DNA of 64,000 nt from Marispirochaeta sp. (GTDB taxonomy: Bacteria > Spirochaetota > Spirochaetia > JC444 > Marispirochaetaceae). The DNA lies in contig CAXXFF010000001.1 of the NCBI GenBank assembly GCA_963676835.2, forward strand, positions 768,001 to 832,000, given 5' to 3'. The number at the start of each line of letters is the position of its first letter. Position 1 is the stretch's first letter. The notes under the pieces are model-generated. The model was not told the DNA's origin and ran no database searches. It saw only the letters and a list, made by a program, of their open reading frames with translations. Shown in pieces: positions 20,061 through 31,007 of this stretch. A program made the translations under genes and the position numbers.

Positions 20061-20831
20061 CTACCAGTCCATCCGGACAGATATCTGTCTGCCCTGAAGA
20101 TACTCTTTTATCCCCTTTACCGAATAGTCGCCATAGTGAACCATGGAGGCAACCAGGGCGGCATCTGCCGCTCCTTCGGTAAAAACATCACCAAGATGTT
20201 CCGGAGTCCCTGCACCGCCGGAGGCGACTACAGGAATATTCACCGCAGTGGAAATCATCCGGGTCAGATTAAGTTCATAACCGTCCCGGGTTCCGTCGGC
20301 ATCGATGGAATTGAGGACAATCTCCCCGGCTCCAAGCTTTTCCGCCTTGAGGGCCCACTCAAGGGCATCAAGCTCTGTGGGGGTTCTGCCCCCGTTTATT
20401 ACCACCCGGTAGCCCGAGGGCATTTCGGGATCCTTGAGAGCATCCATTCCGAGGACAACACACTGCCGCCCGAAGAGACCTGCTCCCTCTTCAATGATGC
20501 CGGGATTTTTAACCGCCTGGGAGTTAACACTGATTTTCTCCGCTCCCGCAAGCAGACAGGCCCGCATATCTTTAACCGAGCCGATTCCGCCGCCCACAGC
20601 AAAGGGAATAAATATCTGCTCCGCCACCCGTTCCACAACATCAATCATAATGCCCCGGGCTTCGGATGAAGCGGTAATATCGTAAAATACCAGCTCATCT
20701 ACACCGCCGGTATAGTAATCCCGGGCCATTTCGACGGGATCGCCGATATCAACATTACCTTTAAACTTAATGCCTTTGGTTGTCTTTCCGTCCCGTACAT
20801 CGAGACAGACGATAATTCGTTTTCGGTACAT
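20061..20831 (-). CDS. hisF: Imidazole glycerol phosphate synthase cyclase subunit
   Basis: [32 protein letters not shown]. Confidence 0.96.
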   Translation of the reverse strand: MYRKRIIVCLDVRDGKTTKGIKFKGNVDIGDPVEMARDYYTGGVDELVFYDITASSEARGIMIDVVERVAEQIFIPFAVGGGIGSVKDMRACLLAGAEKISVNSQAVKNPGIIEEGAGLFGRQCVVLGMDALKDPEMPSGYRVVINGGRTPTELDALEWALKAEKLGAGEIVLNSIDADGTRDGYELNLTRMISTAVNIPVVASGGAGTPEHLGDVFTEGAADAALVASMVHYGDYSVKGIKEYLQGRQISVRMDW

Positions 20832-20837
20832 ACTGCG

Positions 20838-21446
20838 TCAGGCCCCTTTTATAAAATTCTCGAGCATCCGGAGACCATAACGGCCGGATTTTTCCGGGTG
20901 AAACTGGGTGGCAATCAGATTATCCTTTGAGTAGGCCGCAGAAAATGTTTCGCCATAGGTACAGCGGCCGATCTCCAGGGAGGAGTCATCCACGAGAGGA
21001 TAGTAGGAGTGGACAAAATAGAAGGAAGCTCCATCGGGAACACCCGCGAATACAGGGTGACTGCCCACCTGATCCACACTGTTCCATCCCATGTGCGGGA
21101 TCTTGAGCCCCGGGCCTCCTGAAAACAGCTTTACCTTGCCGGGAATAATCCCCAGGCAGTTGGTATCACTCTCCTCTGAATAGTCCAGAAGAATCTGACA
21201 GCCGATACAGATACCGAACAAGGGCTTACCGGCTTTAACCACCTCTTTCAGAGCCTGGTCGAGGCCCCTCTGGGTGAGTACGTCCATAGCAGCGCGGGCT
21301 TCTCCTACCCCGGGAAAGATCACCGCATCGCTGGCAACAATGGATTCGGGATCAGAATAGACACTGTAGTCAGCATTCAGAAACTTCAGGGCAGTCTCTA
21401 CACTGCGCAGGTTTCCCGCTTCATAATCAACAACTGCAACTTTCAC
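20838..21446 (-). CDS. hisH: Imidazole glycerol phosphate synthase glutaminase subunit
   Basis: FPGVG, GICIG, PHMGWN, QFHPEKS. Confidence 0.96.
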   Translation of the reverse strand: MKVAVVDYEAGNLRSVETALKFLNADYSVYSDPESIVASDAVIFPGVGEARAAMDVLTQRGLDQALKEVVKAGKPLFGICIGCQILLDYSEESDTNCLGIIPGKVKLFSGGPGLKIPHMGWNSVDQVGSHPVFAGVPDGASFYFVHSYYPLVDDSSLEIGRCTYGETFSAAYSKDNLIATQFHPEKSGRYGLRMLENFIKGA

Positions 21447-22273
21447 TGGTCTCTCCTAACAATCATCTCCACCAGAGCAGAAAAGGCCTCGGCTCCGATA
21501 CCAAGGTTATCAATAAAAAGAGTATCTTCTTCCAGACGAATATCCAGGGATGCCGGGTCGAAATCTTTATCCAGACTGCGGAAGAAACCCCACAGGGTAA
21601 GTTTTACCAGAGGCACAGCAGTCCGGGCACGGCGCTGATCCGGAAACCGCCACTCCAGAGAGAAGCTGAGCAGATTTCCGGGGTCATCACCGAATATACG
21701 GCATTCCCCGGATACAGGCAAGCCCGGTGCCAGTTCCGCCATATCGGGAATATAGATAAAGAGCCGCCTGTCCCGCGCGAGCAGAGTTTCACTGCGGTTT
21801 TTCCAGGCCTCAGACATGCGCACAGTTTCCGGAACCCCGTATACAACAGTCCCGGACTCAGGTATATGTATGGTCTGAATGCCGTCTGCGTGCACCCAGG
21901 TGGCCTCTCCTTTTACCGGGCGTTTCCATGCGGAACTGAAATTAAGCGCCATTGAAGTGGTAAAACGGCCGAAACCTCCGCTGAGCAAAAGCGAGAAACT
22001 GCCCTTATCAAAAAGGGCAAAATCTACCGTATCCGCCCGGGAGAGAATATCCTTTGTCTCATCACCGAACTGCTGCCGTACCGTCTCGATGTAGGCATCT
22101 CCAAGAATATCCGCATCAAAGGATGCAACCGCCCGGGCATCCTTCGGGTACGGCACCTGATAGATACCGGTATCAGGCGGCAGGGTTCGGCAGCCTGCCA
22201 TAAAAAGAAAAGCCCCGCAGAGAAGCAGGGCTTTACAAGCTGCTTTTATGCCTTTTTCAGGGCGATAGTACAT
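21443..22273 (-). CDS. Putative lipoprotein
   Basis: Lipobox-like FMAG-C; overlaps ileS stop and hisH start. Confidence 0.65.
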   Translation of the reverse strand: MYYRPEKGIKAACKALLLCGAFLFMAGCRTLPPDTGIYQVPYPKDARAVASFDADILGDAYIETVRQQFGDETKDILSRADTVDFALFDKGSFSLLLSGGFGRFTTSMALNFSSAWKRPVKGEATWVHADGIQTIHIPESGTVVYGVPETVRMSEAWKNRSETLLARDRRLFIYIPDMAELAPGLPVSGECRIFGDDPGNLLSFSLEWRFPDQRRARTAVPLVKLTLWGFFRSLDKDFDPASLDIRLEEDTLFIDNLGIGAEAFSALVEMIVRRDQ

Positions 22274-25200
22274 GAGGTTTCACCGCAATCTATGCTTGTG
22301 CCGCCGGCTGCCTCACCCCACTCCAGAGATTCGGATAGAGTCTCTTCGGTAAGGTAGTCCCTGAAATCATCCACCGAGGCTTTGACCTTATCATCGCCGT
22401 AGACTGTGAGGTGAATCCGGTCGGTAACATTAAGCCCCGACTCTTTCCGCAGGTTCTGAACTCCCCGGACAACATCACGGATAAGACCTTCCCTCTCGAG
22501 CTCCTCGGTCATTTCCGGGTCAAGGGCAACAGTAAGTGAACCTTCATTGAGAACCTTCAGGCCCATTTTTTCGGTACGCTGAACGATTATACTCTCTTCG
22601 GTAATCTCAATGGGAGTGCCTTCAATATCCATGGAAAGAGTAGCCCCTTCAAGGAGAGACTGAATCTCTTTCATGGAGAGTTCCTCGATTTTTGCGGCAG
22701 CACTCTTCATCATCTTGCCCAGGCTTTTTCCAAGAACCTTGAAGTTCGCCTTGGCTGAATATTCCACCAGATCCTCTTCGTTCTCCCGGAAGATAACCTC
22801 TTTTACATTGAGCTCTTCACGGATAATGTCTTCCATTTCGATCAAAACCCGGCGTTCGTTATCTTCCCGGGTTACCAGGTGAATAGCCTTCAGGGGCTGC
22901 CGGGTTTTCAGTGAGTGCATAGCCCGGATGGCCCGTCCCATGGAAACCGCCGCCTGGGTAACCTTCATTTTAAGTTCGAGATCGCTGTCCCGTTTGCTTT
23001 CGTCCGCCACCGGGTAATCACCCAGGTGAACCGAATCGGGCATGGATGGAAGACGCAGGTTCCGGTAGATCTCTTCAGTTATAAAAGGCACAATGGGAGC
23101 TGCCACATGTACCAGCTTCATAAGAACCGAATACAGTGTTCCGTATGCCTGCAGCTTGTCGCCGTCGTTCTCACTCTTCCAGAAGCGGCGGCGGGACCGG
23201 CGGATATACCAGTTGTTCAGCTGGTCTACAAACTCAACAATGGGCTGAATTGCCCGTTGCAGATCATATTTATCAAGCTGCCCGGAAACATGTGCAACCA
23301 TCTTTTCAGTTTCGCTTAAAATCCACTGATCCAGGGGGTTTTCCGGATTTTCCGGAGCACCCTCGGGTGAGACACCATCGATATTGGCGTAGGTAACAAA
23401 GAAGCTGTAGGCATTCCATACCGGGAGGATTACTCCCTTCAGAACATCCCGCACGCCTTCATCGGAGAAGCGCAGATCCTCCGCCCGAACAACCGCGGAG
23501 TTCATAAGAAACAGCCGCAGAGCATCGGCTCCGAACTGGTTCATAACCTCCATGGGATCCGAGTAGTTCCGCAGGGACTTGGACATCTTCTTGCCGTCCG
23601 TAGCCAGTACCAGACCGTTAACCACTACATTCTCAAAGGCAGGCTTGTCAAAAAGAGCGGCAGCAAGAATGGTAAGGGTATAGAACCATCCCCGGGTCTG
23701 ATCCAGACCTTCGGAGATAAAGTTGGCCGGAAAATGGGTCTCAAAGAATTCCTTGTTCTCGAAGGGATAATGGTTCTGGGCATAGGGCATGGAACCGGAC
23801 TCAAACCAGCAGTCCAGAACCTCGGGAACCCTTTTCATATCCTTTCCGCAGGAACAGGGAATGGTTATATCATCAACAAAGTGCTTGTGAAGATCATCAA
23901 CCTTCCTGCCGGACTTCTCTTCCAGCTCTTCCCGGCTGCCGATGCAGAGTGATTCATCACACTCTTCACACTTCCAGACCGGAATCGGGTTACCCCAGTA
24001 GCGGTTACGGGATATTGCCCAGTCCCGGGCTCCTTCCAGCCACTTTCCGAAACGTCCGTCCTTGAGGTGGTCAGGCACCCAGTTGATCTGGCTGTTTGCA
24101 TTAAGCATTTTATCCTTGATCTTGCCGATATCCACAAACCAGGAGGAGATTGCCCGATAGATCAGAGGACTGGAACAGCGCCAGCAGTGGGGGTAGCTAT
24201 GGAGATAGTTATCCCGCTTGACCAGCTTCCCTTCCTCCCGGAGGCGGGCGATGATCGCCTTGTCGGTCTCCTTGACAAAGAGTCCCGTGTAGTCCGCCAC
24301 TTCCGGGGTGAATTTACACTCGCCGTCAACGGGACAGATGGTGGGAACATCGGTGCCTTTAAGCACATTATAGTCATCCTCACCGAAACCGGGTGCGGTA
24401 TGGACGATACCGGTACCGTCCTCGGTGGTTACAAAGTCGGCAAGGTAGGTTTTGAAGGCATCCTTGCTCTCAATATCAGCGAAATAGGGAAAGAGGGGTT
24501 CGTACTCAATGCCCGCAAGTTCTGTTCCCTTTTTGGTCCAGAGGATTTTGTAGTCCTCTTCGTTCTTGTAATAGGCGGAAAGCCGTTCTGCCGCCATAAT
24601 ATAGGTGTCCTCACCATCGGCTACCTTTACATAGTCGATATCCGGCCCCAGAGTGAGGGCCAGGTTGGAGGGCAGAGTCCAGGGGGTAGTTGTCCAGGCC
24701 ACCAGGTAGCTGTTCTCTTCACCCTTCACCTTGAAACGTACGGTTATTGCAGGATCAGTAACATCCTGATAACCGCCGAGATTAAGCTCATGGTTGGAAA
24801 GAACTGTGGAACAGCGGGGACAATAGGGAAGAATATAATGGCCTTCGTAGAGAAGTTCCTTTTCCCAGAGCTGCTTGATAACCCACCAGATGGACTCCAT
24901 GTAGTCGGGCTCCATGGTTTTATAATCATTCTCAAAGTCGACCCAGCGCCCGGCCCGGGTCATGACATTCTCCCACTCTTTTGTATAGCGGAGCACAATG
25001 GAGCGGCAGGATTCATTGAATTTTGCAATACCGAAGTCTTCGATCTCTTTTTTACCGGAGATTCCAAGCTCCTTTTCCATTTCGTATTCAACGGGCAGAC
25101 CGTGACAGTCCCAGCCGAAACGGCGCTCAACACGCTTGCCCTTCATGGTGTGATAGCGGGGAATGATGTCTTTTATTGTACCCGGAACAAAATGGCCGAA

Positions 25201-25365
25201 ATGGGGCAGCCCGGTGGCAAAGGGAGGGCCGTCGTAGAAGGTATAATGCTCGCAGTCGCAGCGGTTTTCGATGGATTTCTTGAATATGTTCTCTTTCTGC
25301 CAGAATTCGAGGATAGCCTCCTCCATTTTGGGAAAGTCAACTTTCGGATCCACAGGGGTATACAC
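22246..25365 (-). CDS. ileS: Isoleucine--tRNA ligase (type 2)
   Basis: DGPPFATGLPHFGH, WTTTPWTLP, KMSKS, NWYIRRSRRRFW. Confidence 0.97.
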   Translation of the reverse strand: MYTPVDPKVDFPKMEEAILEFWQKENIFKKSIENRCDCEHYTFYDGPPFATGLPHFGHFVPGTIKDIIPRYHTMKGKRVERRFGWDCHGLPVEYEMEKELGISGKKEIEDFGIAKFNESCRSIVLRYTKEWENVMTRAGRWVDFENDYKTMEPDYMESIWWVIKQLWEKELLYEGHYILPYCPRCSTVLSNHELNLGGYQDVTDPAITVRFKVKGEENSYLVAWTTTPWTLPSNLALTLGPDIDYVKVADGEDTYIMAAERLSAYYKNEEDYKILWTKKGTELAGIEYEPLFPYFADIESKDAFKTYLADFVTTEDGTGIVHTAPGFGEDDYNVLKGTDVPTICPVDGECKFTPEVADYTGLFVKETDKAIIARLREEGKLVKRDNYLHSYPHCWRCSSPLIYRAISSWFVDIGKIKDKMLNANSQINWVPDHLKDGRFGKWLEGARDWAISRNRYWGNPIPVWKCEECDESLCIGSREELEEKSGRKVDDLHKHFVDDITIPCSCGKDMKRVPEVLDCWFESGSMPYAQNHYPFENKEFFETHFPANFISEGLDQTRGWFYTLTILAAALFDKPAFENVVVNGLVLATDGKKMSKSLRNYSDPMEVMNQFGADALRLFLMNSAVVRAEDLRFSDEGVRDVLKGVILPVWNAYSFFVTYANIDGVSPEGAPENPENPLDQWILSETEKMVAHVSGQLDKYDLQRAIQPIVEFVDQLNNWYIRRSRRRFWKSENDGDKLQAYGTLYSVLMKLVHVAAPIVPFITEEIYRNLRLPSMPDSVHLGDYPVADESKRDSDLELKMKVTQAAVSMGRAIRAMHSLKTRQPLKAIHLVTREDNERRVLIEMEDIIREELNVKEVIFRENEEDLVEYSAKANFKVLGKSLGKMMKSAAAKIEELSMKEIQSLLEGATLSMDIEGTPIEITEESIIVQRTEKMGLKVLNEGSLTVALDPEMTEELEREGLIRDVVRGVQNLRKESGLNVTDRIHLTVYGDDKVKASVDDFRDYLTEETLSESLEWGEAAGGTSIDCGETSCTIALKKA

Positions 25366-25582
25366 AGCGCATCGCTCCTTAAAGTACGTACAGACGTGAA
25401 ATTACCGGACACACAGGCTCTAACTTCTATAATGCCGGACGTCAAAGTCGCAACATTCTAGAAAGAATAGAGGGATACTGTCAAGTGACGGGAAAGAGAG
25501 AGGAAAGGCGGATCCCCCGGATTGGCAATGGCAGTAAAGCGGTATTTTTTTACCGATTAATCACCATTTCCACTTGTCTATA

Positions 25583-25612
25583 TATATAAATAAATATATA
25601 TTTATTTATATA
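25583..25612. promoter_or_regulatory. Perfect 30-bp A/T palindrome over the promoter of the CoA-persulfide reductase gene (probable repressor operator)
   Basis: TATATAAATAAATATATATTTATTTATATA equals its reverse complement; TTGTCT at 25574-25579 and TATATT 17 nt later. Confidence 0.65.
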
Positions 25613-25637
25613 CCATTTTTCACAGCGGGAGAGAAAG

Positions 25638-28103
25638 ATGAAATACCTGATTATCGGCGGCGTCGCAGGAGGCGCTACCACTGCTGCACGACTGAGAAGA
25701 ATCGACGAAGATTCTGAAATCATTCTGTTTGAACGGGGCGGATATATATCCTATGCAAACTGCGGACTCCCCTACTACATCGGCGGAACCATTGCCGAGA
25801 GGGAAGACCTTTTTGTTCAGACCCCGGAATCCTTCAATGCACGTTTCAAGGTTGACGTACGGGTCAACCAGGAAGTGATCACCATTAACCGGGAAGAGAA
25901 GACCGTCGAAATCAGAGACCTGGTAAAAGGCGGCACCTATACGGAAAACTACGATAAACTCGTACTTTCCCCCGGGGCAGAACCGGTAAAACCGCCCATT
26001 CCCGGCATTGATTCTGAAGGAATTTTCACTCTCCGCAGCGTCCCCGATACAGATAAGATTCATGATTATATAGACAGGGTAAAACCCAACCGGGCAGTCA
26101 TCGTAGGGGCAGGATTTATCGGCCTCGAAATGGCGGAGAACCTCCACAAGCGCGGCATCTTTGTAACCATTGTAGAGATGGCCGACCAGGTTATGAGCAT
26201 TCTGGACTATGAAATGGCTGCGGAAGTTCATCAGCACCTTAAGCAGAAGAATGTTGAGTTCTACCTGCAGGATGCAGTGACGGCCTTCAAAAAAGGGCCC
26301 AAGCAGCGGATGACCGTGGAGCTGCGTTCCGGTAAGAAACTGGACACCGACATGGTCATACTTTCAATCGGCGTTAAACCGGATATAACCCTGGCGGTAA
26401 AGGCAAATCTTGAAATAGGCGAATTCGGAGGAATCAAGGTTGATGAGCACCTGCGGACTTCGGACCACGACATTTACTCCCTGGGCGATGCCATAGAATT
26501 CCCCCATTTTATCTCCAAACAGCCCATGAAGATTCCCCTGGCAGGTCCCGCCAATAAACAGGGACGGATTGTTGCGGACAACATGGTTTTCGGCGACAAG
26601 AAGATTTTCAAGGGAACCATCGGCACCGGAATTGCCAAGGTGTTTGATATTACCGTTGCCTCCACAGGCCTTTCGGAGAAACAGCTTCAGCGGGCACAAA
26701 TGCCCTATAAATCCCTGATTATCCACTCAGGATCCCATGCGGGTTACTATCCAGGCGCAATCCCCATGACCATCAAGGTTCTCTTTGATCCCGAAAACGG
26801 ACTGGTTCTGGGAGGACAGGCTGTAGGCTATAACGGCGTAGACAAGAGAATTGATATTATCGCCTCAATAATCGGAATGGCCGGTACCGTGGACGATCTT
26901 GCCGAAGTGGAACATGCCTACGCACCGCCCTTCTCCTCCGCCAAAGACCCGGTTAATATTGCCGGAATGGTTGCGGGAAACATTATCGCCGGCACCACCG
27001 AGCATGTATCCTGGACGGAAGTGTTCAACGCGGACAAAAAAGAGGATCTCTTTGTAATAGATATCCGCACCGAAGAAGAACATGCCCTGGGCACTATTGA
27101 CGGCGCAAAAAACATTCCCCTGGATGATCTTCGCCGCAGGATCAATGAAGTGCCGAAAGACAAGAAGATTATCATCTTCTGCGGAGTCGGGCTGCGGGCA
27201 TATGTTGGTGAACGGATTCTGCGGCAGCACGGCTACAGTAACGTGGCCAACCTCTCGGGAGGATACAAAACATACTCCATATCTGCCCAGAAGCAGAGCA
27301 ACGAAGACATCTTCTCCGGTGATTTTATCGGCAAAGACGAGGTTATCTACCAGGCCGATCCCAAACGGCGTCCGGATATTCAGATTAAAAAGGTGGATGC
27401 CTCAGGCCTGCAGTGCCCCGGCCCCATTATGAAACTGAAAACCGAGATGGAGAAAATAGAACCCGGCGACCACCTGATCCAGATTGCCACCGACCCCGGC
27501 TTCGGCAGGGATGTTGAATCCTGGTGTAATATGACCGGAAACCATCTGGTATCGGTCAATATGGAAGGCGGAATGGTTACCGCGGAGATTGAGAAAGCAT
27601 CTCCCCGCAAGAATCCTGTTCCCATGCATCAGGGAAGCGGTACCACCATGGTGGTATTCTCCGATGACATGGACAAGGCCCTGGCAACATTTGTAATAGC
27701 CAACGGTGCAGCGGCCTCCGGTCAGGATGTAACTCTCTTCTTTACCTTCTGGGGCCTCAACGTTATCAAGGCAGCAAAAAAACCTGCAGTCAGAAAAGAC
27801 TTTATGGGCAGGATGTTCGGCATGATGATGCCCAAATCAAGCCTCAAGCTTGCCTTGAGCAAGATGAATATGGGCGGAATGGGAACAAAAATGATGCGGG
27901 CCCGAATGAAGGCCAAGGGAGTAGATTCCCTGGAGAGCATGATTGAACAGGCAAAAGAGGCGGGAGTACGCTTTGTAGCCTGCCAGATGTCCATGGATAT
28001 CATGGGTGTTGCCCGGGAAGAACTGATGGACGGCATTGAAATCGGCGGAGTTGCAAGCTTCCTTGAGAGTGCGGGCAAGTCCAACTCAAGCCTGTTTATC
28101 TGA
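25638..28103 (+). CDS. CoA-disulfide/persulfide reductase fused to rhodanese, TusA/SirA and DsrE domains
   Basis: GGVAGG, SYANCGLP, GAGFIGLE, YAPPFSS; rhodanese CGVGLR; TusA GLQCPGP; DsrE FFTFWGL...VACQMSM. Confidence 0.92.
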   Translation: MKYLIIGGVAGGATTAARLRRIDEDSEIILFERGGYISYANCGLPYYIGGTIAEREDLFVQTPESFNARFKVDVRVNQEVITINREEKTVEIRDLVKGGTYTENYDKLVLSPGAEPVKPPIPGIDSEGIFTLRSVPDTDKIHDYIDRVKPNRAVIVGAGFIGLEMAENLHKRGIFVTIVEMADQVMSILDYEMAAEVHQHLKQKNVEFYLQDAVTAFKKGPKQRMTVELRSGKKLDTDMVILSIGVKPDITLAVKANLEIGEFGGIKVDEHLRTSDHDIYSLGDAIEFPHFISKQPMKIPLAGPANKQGRIVADNMVFGDKKIFKGTIGTGIAKVFDITVASTGLSEKQLQRAQMPYKSLIIHSGSHAGYYPGAIPMTIKVLFDPENGLVLGGQAVGYNGVDKRIDIIASIIGMAGTVDDLAEVEHAYAPPFSSAKDPVNIAGMVAGNIIAGTTEHVSWTEVFNADKKEDLFVIDIRTEEEHALGTIDGAKNIPLDDLRRRINEVPKDKKIIIFCGVGLRAYVGERILRQHGYSNVANLSGGYKTYSISAQKQSNEDIFSGDFIGKDEVIYQADPKRRPDIQIKKVDASGLQCPGPIMKLKTEMEKIEPGDHLIQIATDPGFGRDVESWCNMTGNHLVSVNMEGGMVTAEIEKASPRKNPVPMHQGSGTTMVVFSDDMDKALATFVIANGAAASGQDVTLFFTFWGLNVIKAAKKPAVRKDFMGRMFGMMMPKSSLKLALSKMNMGGMGTKMMRARMKAKGVDSLESMIEQAKEAGVRFVACQMSMDIMGVAREELMDGIEIGGVASFLESAGKSNSSLFI

Positions 28104-28128
28104 GACAGCAATCAACTTCTAAAATAAC

Positions 28129-28170
28129 AAGGGCTGGTCAGGTTTACAAAACCGGATCAGCCCTTTTCTT
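28129..28170. terminator. Intrinsic terminator between convergent reductase and valS
   Basis: AAGGGCTGGTC..GGTTT/AAACC..GATCAGCCCTT followed by TTCTT. Confidence 0.65.
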
Positions 28171-28217
28171 GTAGATTACTATAATGATAGTAAAGCCAAA
28201 TAACAGTCAAACAGTGT

Positions 28218-30872
28218 CTATTTCAGCTCCTCGATGTACCGGGAGAGCTTGGTGCTCCGTTCCTGAAACTCAGCCAGTTTGTCTTTCTCCTTGGCAATAA
28301 CCTCTTCGGGAGCATTGGAAATAAACTTGTCGTTGGAAAGCTTGCCTTCGGTGGATTTAATCAGCTTCATCAGCTTGCCGATCTCTTTCTCCATCTTGGC
28401 AACCTCCGCATCGACATCTATGGCATCACGGATAAAAACATAGGATTCGTATCCGGAGCCGGCCACGGGCATTCCCCCCTCCTGGGCAGGTGCAGCTTCG
28501 CTGATGGTCAGTTCCGCAGCGTTTATAAGGCTTGATGCCAGGGTCAGATGGGCCTTGAAGAATTCCGCAGAGGCAAATCCCGGATCAAGCTTGATGTGAA
28601 CATTGATCTTCTTCTCAGGCGGAATGGTAAACTCACTGCGCAGTGTTCTGACTCCCCGGATCATATCCTGAAGCAGACCGAAATGCTTTACCGCATCATC
28701 TGCCCGACGCTCTTTGGTGTATTCAGGGTACTCCGCAAGGATTACCGCACCTTCGCTGTTGGGAAGCTTCTGGTAAATCTCCTCGGTTACAAAGGAGACA
28801 AAGGGATGAAGCAGCCGTAACGACTCTTCGAGAATTCCTGCGAGCAGACTTGCAGCCCGGTCCCGTTCCGATGTGTCCTCGGCATACAGGGACAGCTTGG
28901 AAGCTTCAATATACCAGTCGCAGAAGTCGTTCCAGAAAAATTCATAGGCTGCCTGGGCTGCTTCATTAAAGCGGTAGCCCTTCATGGCCCGGTCAACACC
29001 GGCGGCAGCTTCGTTGAGCTGATGAAGAATCCAGCGGTCAATATCCTTGAGCTCACAGTCCGCTATGGGCTTTATGGTTCTGCCTTCCATATTCATCAGC
29101 AGATAGCGGGCGGCATTCCAGATTTTATTGGCAAACTTGCTTCCCAGCTTGAAGCTGTCCATATCGATAAGAATATCCTGCCCCTGGGAGGCAAGGAACA
29201 CCAGGGTGAAGCGCATGGCATCCGCACCGTAGGTATTTACCACTTCCAGAGGATCGATCCCGTTCCCCAGAGACTTGGACATCTTTCTGCCCTGCTTATC
29301 CCGGACCAGACCGGTTATGTAGATATCCCGGAAGGGAATCTTCTCCATAAACTCAAGACCCGCCATAATCATCCTGGAAACCCAGAAAAAGATAATGTCA
29401 TAGCCGGTAACAAGGGCAGTTGTAGGATAGAACTTATCAAGATCCGGGGTCTTCTCCGGCCAGCCCAGGGTACTGAAGGGCCAGAGCCAGGAGGAAAACC
29501 AGGTATCCAGCACGTCTTCATCCTGACGGACTTTTGCTGATCCGCATTTACTGCAGGAAGTGGGATCCTCTCTCAGGACCATCATCTCGCCGCACTCTTC
29601 GCAGTACCAGACCGGAATCCGGTGGCCCCACCAGAGCTGCCGGCTTATGCACCAGTCCCGTATCCCTTCAAGCCAGTTACGGTAGGTGTTCTCCCATTTT
29701 TTGGGAAAAAAGATGATCTCATTTTTACGCCAGGCATCAAGGGCCTTGTCCGCCATGGAGCGCATCTTTACAAACCACTGCTCCGACAGATACGGCTCAA
29801 TTACTGTATCACAGCGGTAACAGTGACCTACCTGATGGGTATGGTCCTTGGCATCCGCAACTACCCCGAGGGCATCCAGGGCCGCAAGAACCTTCTTTCT
29901 GCCCTCTTTCACCGACAGGCCCCGGAACTCTTCGGGAACATTATCATTGAGAGTGGCATCATCGTTGAGAATGTTGATAATTTCCAGACTATGCCGTTTG
30001 CCGATTTCCCAGTCGTTGGGATCGTGGGCGGGGGTGATCTTTACTGCTCCGGAACCGAACTCCCGGTCTACATAGGTATCGGCAATAATCGGTATCAGCC
30101 GGTCCGCCAGGGGCAGCTTCACGTTCTTACCGATAAGGCCGGCATAGCGCTCATCTTCGGGGTGAACTGCAACGGCGGTATCTCCTAACATGGTCTCAGG
30201 CCGGGTTGTGGCAACCTGAATAAAGCCTGATCCATCCTCCAGGGGGTAGTTGAACCAGGTAAGCCTTCCGTTTGACTCCTGGTGTTCCACTTCATCATCG
30301 GCCAGGGCGGTCCCGCAGCTTGGGCACCAGTTAACCAGGTAGTTGCCCTTGTAGACCAGCCCGCGCTCGTAAAGGGTTACGAATACCTCCCGAACGGCCT
30401 GCGACAGACCTTCATCCAGGGTAAAGCGCTCCCTGCTCCAGTCGCAGGAGGCACCGATCTTTTTCAGCTGTTTGGTAATGATACTGTGGTGCTCTTCTTT
30501 TACCTTCCAGGTTTCTTCAACAAACTTCTCCCGTCCAAGCTCATGCCGTCCGGTACCCCGGGCCTTAAGCCGACGCTCAACGACGTTCTGGGTGGCAATT
30601 CCCGCATGGTCGGTTCCGGGGACCCAGAGGGTGGGAACTCCCTTCATACGGTAGAAGCGGATAAGCATATCCTGGAGGGTATTATTAAGCCCGTGCCCCA
30701 TATGCAGGACACCGGTCACATTCGGCGGGGGTATGACAATAACAAAGGGGTCCTCTCCATCATGGCGCACACCGGTTTCGGGAGAGAATGCCTTCATCTC
30801 CTCCCACATGGCATAGATGCGGTCCTCAAAATCTTTGGGATTATAGGCTTTCGGCAGTGTTTCTGCGGCCAT
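28218..30872 (-). CDS. valS: Valine--tRNA ligase
   Basis: PPPNVTGVLHMGH, WCISRQLWWGH, KMSKS, C-terminal coiled coil; start at MAAETLPKAY. Confidence 0.97.
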   Translation of the reverse strand: MAAETLPKAYNPKDFEDRIYAMWEEMKAFSPETGVRHDGEDPFVIVIPPPNVTGVLHMGHGLNNTLQDMLIRFYRMKGVPTLWVPGTDHAGIATQNVVERRLKARGTGRHELGREKFVEETWKVKEEHHSIITKQLKKIGASCDWSRERFTLDEGLSQAVREVFVTLYERGLVYKGNYLVNWCPSCGTALADDEVEHQESNGRLTWFNYPLEDGSGFIQVATTRPETMLGDTAVAVHPEDERYAGLIGKNVKLPLADRLIPIIADTYVDREFGSGAVKITPAHDPNDWEIGKRHSLEIINILNDDATLNDNVPEEFRGLSVKEGRKKVLAALDALGVVADAKDHTHQVGHCYRCDTVIEPYLSEQWFVKMRSMADKALDAWRKNEIIFFPKKWENTYRNWLEGIRDWCISRQLWWGHRIPVWYCEECGEMMVLREDPTSCSKCGSAKVRQDEDVLDTWFSSWLWPFSTLGWPEKTPDLDKFYPTTALVTGYDIIFFWVSRMIMAGLEFMEKIPFRDIYITGLVRDKQGRKMSKSLGNGIDPLEVVNTYGADAMRFTLVFLASQGQDILIDMDSFKLGSKFANKIWNAARYLLMNMEGRTIKPIADCELKDIDRWILHQLNEAAAGVDRAMKGYRFNEAAQAAYEFFWNDFCDWYIEASKLSLYAEDTSERDRAASLLAGILEESLRLLHPFVSFVTEEIYQKLPNSEGAVILAEYPEYTKERRADDAVKHFGLLQDMIRGVRTLRSEFTIPPEKKINVHIKLDPGFASAEFFKAHLTLASSLINAAELTISEAAPAQEGGMPVAGSGYESYVFIRDAIDVDAEVAKMEKEIGKLMKLIKSTEGKLSNDKFISNAPEEVIAKEKDKLAEFQERSTKLSRYIEELK

Positions 30873-31007
30873 TGAACGCTCCTTTGCGATAAACGAATGA
30901 GGCATATACTACCAAAATAGATGCCCCAGCTTCAACACATGAGGACGTAAACAAACAGGGAGGTGACTGGCGTAAAGTCTGCGTTCCGTTATAGAATCCC
31001 AGGACAG

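Noticed and set aside
24067..25461. 464-aa plus-strand ORF
   Set aside because: Antisense shadow of ileS with no recognisable motifs
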